Positions 7,618-15,539 of a stretch of DNA of 64,000 bases are shown here, piece by piece; position 1 is the stretch's first letter, and every line of letters starts with the position of its first letter. Under the pieces are notes generated by a model. It saw only the letters and a program-made list of their open reading frames with translations. It did not search any database and was not told the origin of the DNA. A program made the translations under genes and the position numbers. Source of the stretch: a virus; the IMG/VR virus record IMGVR_UViG_3300045988_108496, positions 21,921 to 85,920 of that record; one strand, 5' to 3'.

Positions 7618-8295
7618 ATGGATAAGAAGAAATATATCGACGTATTGACTGAACAGGCAAACAAGCATCACAGACCGCAAGAAATGGCTCTGAGCGACTT
7701 CTGCGACTATCTTATAGAGTTTTTCAGTGTTGATTCTTTTAAGACTGGCACAACTGGTCAGCATTTCTTAAACTGCACACAAAAAAATCCCGCTTTTGCC
7801 GATCTTGCTCTTCTGTGGCTCAACGACGTAAAAACGGCGATGGAGCATGGCCAGTGGCTTGACGTGTTTGGCATACTGTACGAAGAAATGTATCTAAGCC
7901 GTGGCAAGGCATCGAAGACGGGTCAGTTCTTCACGCCTCAGAGCGTGTCGGACTTAATGGCACAGATCAGCGGCCTGGGAGCCGGCGACCACGGCAGGGT
8001 GAACGACTGCGCAGCAGGTAGCGGACGTTTGCTCCTGGCACATTATATGGAGAAGAGCAAACTGGACCATTCAGCCGGCAGACGCTTTGAGTATGTGGCA
8101 CAAGATAGCGATCCTATTGCTTGCAATATGTGCGCCTTGAATTTAATGGTACACGGCATGTATGGTCGTGTGGAGTGTCGCGACACATTGCGTATGAGTA
8201 AGCCGACGGTGGTGTATTATATCAACGAAGTAAAATATCCGTTTAACACGCCTTATTATAGCGTGAGAACGGTATTAGCGGAAAATCAAAAATAA
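7618..8295 (+). CDS. N6-DNA-methylase-like protein, short form lacking a canonical NPPY/F motif
   Basis: GQFFTPQSVSDLM, VNDCAAGSGRLLL (SAM motif I) and AQDSDPIACNMCALNLMVHG...RDTL match the HsdM/N6_Mtase layout. The protein ends 36 aa later, with only FNTPYY where NPPF is expected. Confidence 0.75.
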   Translation: MDKKKYIDVLTEQANKHHRPQEMALSDFCDYLIEFFSVDSFKTGTTGQHFLNCTQKNPAFADLALLWLNDVKTAMEHGQWLDVFGILYEEMYLSRGKASKTGQFFTPQSVSDLMAQISGLGAGDHGRVNDCAAGSGRLLLAHYMEKSKLDHSAGRRFEYVAQDSDPIACNMCALNLMVHGMYGRVECRDTLRMSKPTVVYYINEVKYPFNTPYYSVRTVLAENQK

Positions 8296-8348
8296 GGTAT
8301 CACGGGACGATTTGCCCCTATTATAGAACATTAAAAATACTAAGGATT

Positions 8349-8975
8349 ATGGCAAAGATATTTGTTAATGAGACTGTAGGTAAATTGCAAAGTTTTGTTG
8401 GATTCTACGATTCAATCTGGAGTCCAGATGATGATATATATTATGAGTGTGTAGAAGAAGATCTGGAGGAGGATGTTGATTTTACCTTCGACTATAAGCA
8501 GTACCAAAACGACATCTGCAAAGCATATACGGAGGTTTGGGAATTGTGGATGCAGAAGTTTATCAGCGACGATATAGAACTGGAGTTCGTAGAGGTTCAC
8601 AGTCCTCGATATTATAATTACGAAAATGATTCTTGTCGCGTGAAAATTCGCCTGACACAGGCTGCGGAGGATGCTATTATAGCCAAGATAGGAAAACACC
8701 GCGATCAGCTGGCTAAGTGGATAAAGGAAAACCACACAAGCTATGATGGCTTCTTTTCTAATCTATCCAACGACATCGACCAGTGGCCCAGTCGTTTGTT
8801 CGATAGCGACGAAACTTTTCAGCCTGCCTATCTCTTCTGTATGCTCTATTATATTGTCAAGGCAGAATATTTGGCGACAGGTGAGACAGAAAGCTTGGAA
8901 TACGAGGCTTGCGGTCGCATACGTACAGATATTAGTGTAACATCATATATGAAGGACATAGAAAAAGTTGCTTAA
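8349..8975 (+). CDS. hypothetical acidic protein
   Basis: 208-aa ORF with ATTATGGCA start context. No domain recognised. Confidence 0.7.
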   Translation: MAKIFVNETVGKLQSFVGFYDSIWSPDDDIYYECVEEDLEEDVDFTFDYKQYQNDICKAYTEVWELWMQKFISDDIELEFVEVHSPRYYNYENDSCRVKIRLTQAAEDAIIAKIGKHRDQLAKWIKENHTSYDGFFSNLSNDIDQWPSRLFDSDETFQPAYLFCMLYYIVKAEYLATGETESLEYEACGRIRTDISVTSYMKDIEKVA

Positions 8976-8979
8976 TTAT

Positions 8980-9342
8980 ATGAGAACATCTAAAACAATT
9001 CATTCTTTTCTGCTTAGTGAGCAGAAAGGACACACACTCCTCACGGCTCAGGAATATCCCTGGAGCGTGTTGCAGGTGATACCTACCACTCCGGCAGACT
9101 TCGACCGCACAGTGGCAGTTCTGGAGCAGCGAGGTTTTGTCGCCCATCACGACATCGACCGCACATTTTGCATCATCCACCTGACAAGCGGCGACCACGA
9201 CGGACAACACCCTGAACGGTATATCACCATCACTCAGAACAACTACATGCAGTACATCGAGGCATTGAAGGACACGATGGCACAGGCGGCAGTGTGGTAT
9301 GAGACGAATATTATAGAACCCTTTAAAAACGACAGATTATGA
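8980..9342 (+). CDS. hypothetical protein
   Basis: The track start at 8968 is TTG and overlaps the previous gene. The in-frame ATG at 8980 (AATTATATG) lies 5 nt after the upstream stop. Confidence 0.6.
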   Translation: MRTSKTIHSFLLSEQKGHTLLTAQEYPWSVLQVIPTTPADFDRTVAVLEQRGFVAHHDIDRTFCIIHLTSGDHDGQHPERYITITQNNYMQYIEALKDTMAQAAVWYETNIIEPFKNDRL

Positions 9343-9590
9343 GAGTACCGAAAGATATACCTAACGAATTGAAGCGTCTAATCAATGCTATATTGAAGCG
9401 TGATGGCGATTGCGAAGGTTGGCTTAATGGATATAATCGAAATCCATGGGGATTCACCTGGTATGGCTCCAGTATGATTTGTGAGCCTCTGTTTTGTTGT
9501 TATGGCTGCATTGGCTATGGCATCAATTATAAGGGGTACACAATTCATGTGGATAATGAGCTGTCACGAATAAAGATTTTTGATGAATAG
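9339..9590 (+). CDS. hypothetical Cys/Gly/Trp-rich small protein
   Basis: ATGA overlap with the upstream gene. Leader AAAAACGACAGATTATG is shared with the next two genes. Confidence 0.55.
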   Translation: MRVPKDIPNELKRLINAILKRDGDCEGWLNGYNRNPWGFTWYGSSMICEPLFCCYGCIGYGINYKGYTIHVDNELSRIKIFDE

Positions 9591-9625
9591 TATATTATAT
9601 AACCCTTAAAAAACGACAGAAAATT

Positions 9626-9910
9626 ATGGCAAGAATAATTATACTGAGTACCTGCGACGCATGGAAGTCGCGCAGTTCATTCCGACTTTACGGGACATGG
9701 GCGACTACGAAAGCTGGTTGTCGCCGACTGTTCAAGAAAATTGGTGAGCTTATTGAAGATGGCACGTTTGCTTATGAAGACGAAACATTGCCAGTGAACG
9801 AGCAGTTGGCGAAGTTTAAGGAAGACGGAAAAGGCTGCGTTACAGGATTTATTTATGATATTCAGTCTAAACTGAAATACGGAAATATGGAGTGGTCCGA
9901 GCTTAGATAA
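9626..9910 (+). CDS. hypothetical protein
   Basis: Shared leader AAAAAACGACAGAAAATTATG. No domain recognised. Confidence 0.6.
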   Translation: MARIIILSTCDAWKSRSSFRLYGTWATTKAGCRRLFKKIGELIEDGTFAYEDETLPVNEQLAKFKEDGKGCVTGFIYDIQSKLKYGNMEWSELR

Positions 9911-9956
9911 ACACCCCTATAACACAACCTCTTTTTAAAAAAAACGACAGAAGATT

Positions 9957-10187
9957 ATGAAATTTAAGACAGTAAAAACGATATTGATGGATGCTCAGAG
10001 CAATCAGCAGCACGGAGTAATAAAGATGCACAGCGACTGCGTGTGTTTCAGTTTTACCAACGGCGACAGCGGCGAGGACGACATCATCGCCTACAGCAGC
10101 GACACGGAGGTTATTTCGGTGTTAGGCAAAGCCGGCAACAGCTATATCGACTGCGAGGCGATAGAGTGCATTGAGGTGTATAAGTAG
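9957..10187 (+). CDS. hypothetical protein
   Basis: Shared leader AAAAAAAACGACAGAAGATTATG. The GC-rich structured island follows. Confidence 0.55.
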   Translation: MKFKTVKTILMDAQSNQQHGVIKMHSDCVCFSFTNGDSGEDDIIAYSSDTEVISVLGKAGNSYIDCEAIECIEVYK

Positions 10188-10280
10188 ACCATTTCATCTC
10201 GCGCCCGGCATGGCCCTTGCGAAGGTTCGACCCCTTCGGCGGAAACGCATAATCATAATCAGAGTATTTTTTGTTTAGCT

Positions 10281-10310
10281 GCTGCTGCGGTCCGCGAGGA
10301 TAGCGGCAGC
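10281..10310 (+). other. GNRA-capped hairpin (family copy 3), no downstream T-run
   Basis: GCTGCTGC-GG-TCC-GCGA-GGA-TA-GCGGCAGC. A T-rich run lies only on the 5' side. Confidence 0.5.
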
Positions 10311-10410
10311 CACAACGCCCACCATGCAGGCATGGCGCCAGGTTCGAGCTCCTGGATGGGCGACTGAAAATAATAAAATACGCATTAATATATAATTTAT
10401 GCGTCATTAA

Positions 10411-10442
10411 TTTGGTAGTTATAAATATTATTGCTACCTTTG
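10411..10442 (+). promoter_or_regulatory. Bacteroidota-type promoter, cassette copy 3 (diverged)
   Basis: TTTG at 10411-10414, a 20-nt spacer, then TACCTTTG at 10435-10442, followed by CAACAGATAAAGAAA as in copies 1 and 2. Confidence 0.7.
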
Positions 10443-10481
10443 CAACAGATAAAGAAACAACTAATTTAAACTTTAAACTAT

Positions 10482-10913
10482 ATGCGTAAATCAATAGACA
10501 CTTACATCGAAGCGATTGCTCACGACAACGAGCTGTATATTCGCGAGAGCTATATGACAGTAGCAGACTACATCATCAACAACGCAGAGAACTGCTCCGG
10601 CTATTACGAGTTCTTTGACGACGACGAACTCGACGAGACTGGCGAACCGACAGAGGCTCAGATTGACGAACTGAAGGCTTATCTCTTAGAGAACTATACT
10701 ACACCGATCGAGCATCGTATCGAGGACATTGTGCTCACTAAGCACGGCAACGGTAGCGATAATCTACAGTATGTAGCCGACGGCAAGAACTTCGAGGTTG
10801 ATGGCGAGTTCTATGTTGATAAAGAATACCGCCTTCACCACACCCACATCTTCGAGAACGGCGACGAGCAGGAGATAGTAATACCCTACGAGAATGGCGA
10901 ACACAAGTTATAA
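10482..10913 (+). CDS. hypothetical acidic protein
   Basis: ATG lies 40 nt after promoter cassette copy 3 (-7 box at 10435-10442). Confidence 0.65.
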   Translation: MRKSIDTYIEAIAHDNELYIRESYMTVADYIINNAENCSGYYEFFDDDELDETGEPTEAQIDELKAYLLENYTTPIEHRIEDIVLTKHGNGSDNLQYVADGKNFEVDGEFYVDKEYRLHHTHIFENGDEQEIVIPYENGEHKL

Positions 10914-10952
10914 CTCTTCCAGCCCTACCGCAACACGGACAAGCGGAAAATT

Positions 10953-11198
10953 ATGAAGATTAAGACCTCAAAGTACAATGAAGTAAGATTATCTGATGTT
11001 GCTCAATACATCAAAGTTCCTGCACAGATAGTAAAGCCATCTACGCCAACAAACGGAGTGTTGATTGGTGAAGTTCAATACGAAGACGGAAAGAAAGAAC
11101 GAGTATATTCAGACTACGACGTCCGTATCAATAACATTCAGTTGCCATTTGCAGCTGGAAAGGAAAGCTACTTCGATAGCGAGATAGAAATAAACTAA
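10953..11198 (+). CDS. hypothetical protein
   Basis: Preceded by the junction element CAGCCCTACCGCAACACGGACAAGCGGAAAATTATG. Confidence 0.55.
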   Translation: MKIKTSKYNEVRLSDVAQYIKVPAQIVKPSTPTNGVLIGEVQYEDGKKERVYSDYDVRINNIQLPFAAGKESYFDSEIEIN

Positions 11199-11236
11199 CA
11201 GATTCAGCCCTACGCATCACGGTTAAGCGGAATAAT

Positions 11237-11500
11237 ATGAAACAGTTTCTTTTACAATTGGGTAAGGAAAGTAAGGTATGTTCTAATATAGCAGAAGCCA
11301 AGGAATTTGTCTCTCGTTTTGGACATCTGACGAGTGCAGGAGAAAAGAGAATCACCGGTTTGTTTGATGGCACAATAGGCATAAACCGAGACTTCGCCTG
11401 GATGATGCCCAAGCATATTCCAGAATTAAAGAACTACCCTGAGCAGCATTGCAGAATGTGGATAAAACCATGTCCTGCGGACACCAACGAAGGAGAATAA
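11237..11500 (+). CDS. hypothetical protein
   Basis: Preceded by a second copy of the CAGCCCTAC...AAGCGGAATAATATG junction. Confidence 0.55.
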   Translation: MKQFLLQLGKESKVCSNIAEAKEFVSRFGHLTSAGEKRITGLFDGTIGINRDFAWMMPKHIPELKNYPEQHCRMWIKPCPADTNEGE

Positions 11501-11510
11501 CCAGTACGCC

Positions 11511-11714
11511 ATGCACGAGATAATAGACGTAATACACGACTATCTGTTTGTAACGCTCCGTCTGCGCAATGTGCAGACGGGCGCGACAAGAGACTGGAGG
11601 TATTGGGACGACCTGGAGGATTGGCTGTGCAAGGAGTACGGCGTGAAGGATCTGAAAGGTCTCGTTATAGAAAAGTTGCCTAATTATGGCGATTGGGTAG
11701 AATCAGAGAAATAA
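11511..11714 (+). CDS. hypothetical protein
   Basis: Starts 11 nt after the upstream stop, on the same strand. Confidence 0.5.
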   Translation: MHEIIDVIHDYLFVTLRLRNVQTGATRDWRYWDDLEDWLCKEYGVKDLKGLVIEKLPNYGDWVESEK

Positions 11715-11827
11715 AAATCATTCAGCCCTACCGTCGAGGAAATAAAGGATATTTAAAAGTCTAATCAACCACAGAGGACACGGAGAACACAGACGATGTG
11801 AAACTTGTGGTTTAAATTGATATTGTT

Positions 11828-12610
11828 ATGGCAGAACAGATTAGAGTGTGGAAGTCGAAGAACTTGCACTCCACCTATATGCTTGTATATCGAGACGAGC
11901 TGACGGGGAGGCTGCGCGTCACTCGGATGGATGGCAGGAAGTGTGACAATGAAAATGGCCTGATAAACAGTTATAACATGTTTGGTGGTGGTCTTTGGGC
12001 AGCTTGCAGGGACATGGGTAACGATGTTGCGGAGATACGCGCTGCCGTGGATCGTGAGATAGCCGAGGAGACAGCACAGCGAGAGCGTGAGGAGCTTCGA
12101 CTGAAAGCGGAAGCCGAAGCTAAAGCGAAGGCTTTACAGAAGGCTCAGGAGATTAGGGCTGCGCTTGCCGGCACAAAGGACAGCGTATGTATCAAGCCTA
12201 TTGAGGTGTTGCAGCGGTACGACCTCTTAGAGGAGCGTCTGGAACAGCTGAAGTCTGGCGAGTATGCCGTTTGCATCAACTATAAGAAGAAGGGCGTTGT
12301 TGAGCTGCGCACGAAAGCACGAACGACCGACCATCTGAAGGTGTTGGCAAAGGTGACGAAGGATAAAAGAAATAGTAAAGCCTCTTTACATCGTTTTGCC
12401 GTGAAGGTGCGCGAAGCGTATCAGTCGGGCATTGTCATCATCGGCAAGACTCACGCCCTTAAAGGCTTCGGCAAGCGCATTGTGGACGCTGCTCTCTGCG
12501 TCAAGAAGAGCCAGAACACATATTACTCATCGTCTGCGCCACGTCAGTATTACGACAAGAACACGCTTGTGTATATGAAGCTGGAGCAGATAGAGAAAAA
12601 TGACTTATAA
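11828..12610 (+). CDS. hypothetical protein with central coiled-coil
   Basis: 260-aa ORF containing REREELRLKAEAEAKAKALQKAQE. Confidence 0.7.
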   Translation: MAEQIRVWKSKNLHSTYMLVYRDELTGRLRVTRMDGRKCDNENGLINSYNMFGGGLWAACRDMGNDVAEIRAAVDREIAEETAQREREELRLKAEAEAKAKALQKAQEIRAALAGTKDSVCIKPIEVLQRYDLLEERLEQLKSGEYAVCINYKKKGVVELRTKARTTDHLKVLAKVTKDKRNSKASLHRFAVKVREAYQSGIVIIGKTHALKGFGKRIVDAALCVKKSQNTYYSSSAPRQYYDKNTLVYMKLEQIEKNDL

Positions 12611-12621
12611 TGTTATAGACT

Positions 12622-13182
12622 ATGGCAGAAAACAGTAAAACGACGAGATCGGCAGGCAGACCTGCCATCGGTGGCAAGAGACGACAATATGTTGTGACAG
12701 ACGATGTGCACGAGTGGATAATGTCGCACGGTGGAGGTAAGTACTTGACGGAGACCATGCGCTGTGTGCGCACTACGAGCGGAGGTAAAGGTGCTGTGAC
12801 AGATTATGCGATGTGCATTCTTCGCGCTGCCACTTGCTTCGATTTTGAGGTAGACCTTACCGAGCCTTATGCTGACTTAGGATTGAAAGCCCGCGACATA
12901 ATATTGTCGGAGGTAAAAGAGCCTGAGACTTACCATGTTTACAAGGAAGGAACGTGGAAAGATGGCGTTTTTAACAATAACATTGGCTCCCTTGCTATCA
13001 GTTCATCGTCAGAATGCCCTGAAGACGAAAGCAAGCGACGTTATTACAGACCGTCGGGAGACTTCGGGGATTATAAGCGTATTCCTTACAAGCGGGTGAA
13101 GGCAGGAGACTATTGTTTGGTTAATCGGTATGTCGACGACAAAGCACGAGTCGTAGGAGTATTGGCACAAGTAGAGAAGTGA
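12622..13182 (+). CDS. hypothetical protein
   Basis: 186-aa ORF with CTATGGCAGAA start context. Confidence 0.65.
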   Translation: MAENSKTTRSAGRPAIGGKRRQYVVTDDVHEWIMSHGGGKYLTETMRCVRTTSGGKGAVTDYAMCILRAATCFDFEVDLTEPYADLGLKARDIILSEVKEPETYHVYKEGTWKDGVFNNNIGSLAISSSSECPEDESKRRYYRPSGDFGDYKRIPYKRVKAGDYCLVNRYVDDKARVVGVLAQVEK

Positions 13183-13218
13183 AAAATAAATAATAACAAT
13201 AATAAAAAACGAAATATT

Positions 13219-13530
13219 ATGGCAACAAAGAAAGTTTATCCGTTTATTCATGCAGAGATGTTCGACCTTGAAGACAACAACGACAGAAAGAATGTTGTGT
13301 TTGACGCGCGAGAGGTCGAGAGCTACGAATCATGGTCAAGTAAAGATGATGAAGATGGGAACAAGTGCGTACAAGTCAATTTCAAATCGGGACGAAAAAT
13401 GTGTCTATACATGGAACTCGATCAAGAGCTTTACCCTGGCGACAATCTGATTACTGCAATCGACATGGTGCAGTACTCTCACTTCTGGCACGACAACGAA
13501 GACTCTATCCCTGACGAGGACGAGAATTAA
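13219..13530 (+). CDS. hypothetical acidic protein
   Basis: 103-aa ORF with ATTATGGCA start. Confidence 0.6.
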   Translation: MATKKVYPFIHAEMFDLEDNNDRKNVVFDAREVESYESWSSKDDEDGNKCVQVNFKSGRKMCLYMELDQELYPGDNLITAIDMVQYSHFWHDNEDSIPDEDEN

Positions 13531-13561
13531 TATAACAACAACTTTTTATACTTTACAGAAT

Positions 13562-15160
13562 ATGGCTAAAATTAAGAATTTTGAGGATTATTGCGCTTTG
13601 GTGGACGAAGTAAAGGTGCATGATTATAAGTATTTTGCACAGAACGCCCCCTCTATAAGCGACGAGGAATATGATGCTCTTTACTTCGCTTTGCAGGAAT
13701 ATGAAGACGCGCATCCGGATGATATACTGAAAGACTCACCTACCCAGCGGTGCTACAGCGAGAACGGCAACGGCAAGCGCACTGTTGCGCGTCGCACGGC
13801 GTGCCTCTCGATGAAGAAGCTGCATGATGCCAAGTCGGTAGTGAAATACCTGAGAGCGCAGCAGCGCACTGCCAATATCAGCAGTCAGGGCGCGAAGGTA
13901 GATATAGAGTGGAAGTTCGACGGCGAGACCGTGAGTCTTGTGTATCGCCGCGGCTCGCTCTCGGAAGCTACCTACGGACATGGCAAAGAGTTGTACGGCA
14001 TCGACTGCCTGGAACATATAAAGCATGTTCAAGGCGTGCCTGTCCAGGTGGACGTATGGAGCCAGTACGACCGAGTGGAGGTGAGAGGTGAGGTGATCAT
14101 CTCGCTTGAGGAGTTTGCCCGTTATAGCAAGGCTGGCAAATCGCCCCGTTCTACGAGTAACGGCATCATGGCGAAGAAAGTGGCTGTAAAGGACGAGTGC
14201 AAGCGTCTGGAGTTTCATCCCTTCCGCCTCATTATGGACGGCGTGATAAGACACACGGCTGCTATGCAGGCTCTTGAGCGTAATGGCTTTAAGACTTCGG
14301 GCTTCGTGTCGGCTCTCAATCTTGAGAAAACGGATGCCGAACTGGAGCAGGACATTGAGAACATCGTGTGCTCTGCCGAGGTGGAGCGTGAGTCGCTGCC
14401 CTACCCTACCGACGGTCTTGTGTTCAAGTTCGACAACTACGACTATTACGACCGTATAGGACAGACCGATCATGACGCAAAGTATAATTGCGCTTTTAAG
14501 TTTCGACCGGTGTTTAAGGCCGTAACCACATATCGCGGATACCATACTACGGTAGGCGAAAAGACTGGCAAGGTGACGTATGTAGCCGACTTTGACGAGG
14601 TGGAAATGAACGGACACCGTTTCGCCCATGCCAACTGCGGAAGCGAGCGCACGTTCCTCCAGAAAGACCTTGTGGCAGGTTGCAAGATAGAGGTCAGCTT
14701 GCACGGCGATGTTATCGTGTGTGTGGATAGAAAGATTGAAGACGAACCGGCTATTGATGAGAACCTTATCATTGAGGAAAAGCCTATCATTGAGGAAGAA
14801 TCTATTGCTATTGACGAGGAGCCTCTTGTTATAGACGAATCGGGATTTGTTCATCATCCGGAGCCTCACGTTATAGAGCCGGATATTTATCAGGATCGGG
14901 AGCCGGAAGCAGAGTCGGAGCCTATACCTCAGCTGAAGCCGAAACGTAAGCGTAATTATCCGCAGGTAGGCGAGCCGACGCTACGAGAGGAACGTGAAGA
15001 CACGTCGGCAAGGAGAAAGGATGGCAAACTGAGCGTAAAGAAGGTATTCGCCGGTGCGCTTGCTGTACTCATGTCAGCGTCAATGTTCGTAGTTGTGGTA
15101 GCATTCGCCGGAGCCGCCCTATTCTTTCTGCCGATGATGGGAGATGTTGCAAAGAAGTGA
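13562..15160 (+). CDS. ligA: NAD-dependent DNA ligase (LigA-like Ia + adenylation + OB domains) with acidic repeat linker and C-terminal hydrophobic anchor
   Basis: LigA hallmarks are present: HDYKYF..APSISDEEYDALY...DSPTQR (domain Ia), EWKFDG (motif I KxDG), EVRGEV (motif III), TDGLVFKF (motif IV), AFKFRP (motif V). No Zn-finger, HhH or BRCT follows. Instead there are IIEE/IDE repeats and VFAGALAVLMSASMFVVVVAFAGAALFFLPMMG. Confidence 0.85.
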   Translation: MAKIKNFEDYCALVDEVKVHDYKYFAQNAPSISDEEYDALYFALQEYEDAHPDDILKDSPTQRCYSENGNGKRTVARRTACLSMKKLHDAKSVVKYLRAQQRTANISSQGAKVDIEWKFDGETVSLVYRRGSLSEATYGHGKELYGIDCLEHIKHVQGVPVQVDVWSQYDRVEVRGEVIISLEEFARYSKAGKSPRSTSNGIMAKKVAVKDECKRLEFHPFRLIMDGVIRHTAAMQALERNGFKTSGFVSALNLEKTDAELEQDIENIVCSAEVERESLPYPTDGLVFKFDNYDYYDRIGQTDHDAKYNCAFKFRPVFKAVTTYRGYHTTVGEKTGKVTYVADFDEVEMNGHRFAHANCGSERTFLQKDLVAGCKIEVSLHGDVIVCVDRKIEDEPAIDENLIIEEKPIIEEESIAIDEEPLVIDESGFVHHPEPHVIEPDIYQDREPEAESEPIPQLKPKRKRNYPQVGEPTLREEREDTSARRKDGKLSVKKVFAGALAVLMSASMFVVVVAFAGAALFFLPMMGDVAKK

Positions 15161-15171
15161 GTTATGTTTTT

Positions 15172-15195
15172 GTGGAAATGTGGAAATGTGGAAGT
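15172..15195. repeat. 8-bp tandem repeat GTGGAAAT x3
   Basis: GTGGAAAT GTGGAAAT GTGGAAGT, directly after the ligase stop. Confidence 0.85.
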
Positions 15196-15423
15196 ACAGA
15201 AATACATAAATACACATTTTCACAAAAACATAAAACAATAAACACACAAACACATCCATACACAAACGCACACACACATAAATACATATATACATATATA
15301 CATATATACATGAATAAACAAAGCAACTAACAAATTAATCAACTAACAAAGCAATACACACACAAATACACTTATAAATAAATTAAGCAATAAATAAATA
15401 AACAAATAAATAAACAAATAAAT
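15196..15423. repeat. A/C-rich, G-depleted low-complexity tract with nested short repeats
   Basis: Only 5 G in 15201-15423 by my count. Contains (CA)n, ACATATAT x3, CAACTAACAAA x2 and AAATAAATAAAC x2.5. Lies upstream of the parA promoter. Confidence 0.85.
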
Positions 15424-15434
15424 GTGCATGGATA

Positions 15435-15466
15435 TTTGTTTATTTCAATTATAATTCTTAAATTTG
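15435..15466 (+). promoter_or_regulatory. parA promoter (-33 TTTG, -7 TAAATTTG)
   Basis: TTTG at 15435-15438, a 20-nt spacer, then TAAATTTG at 15459-15466. The context AATTCTTAAATTTGCAAC is shared with 21425 and 47300. Confidence 0.65.
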
Positions 15467-15539
15467 CAACGTATTACAGATTATACGTGTTCTGTATATT
15501 TGAATAGTATCATCAATTTTAAAATATACTTTATAGAAG

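Noticed and set aside
10196-10366. tRNA genes or an attP core, suggested by GGTTCGAnnCC T-arm-like hairpins
   Set aside because: No matching 5' acceptor strand, D-arm or anticodon arm can be drawn. One T-like loop has 8 nt. No integrase is present in the window. Retained only as a structured-RNA finding.
10111-10494. 127-aa ORF on the minus strand
   Set aside because: It spans the GC-rich structured island, the GNRA hairpin and promoter cassette 3. It has no promoter or leader context of its own.
13736-14869. 377-aa ORF antisense to the ligase gene
   Set aside because: The sense frame carries all LigA motifs. The antisense product is R/L/H-rich with no features, typical of a shadow ORF.
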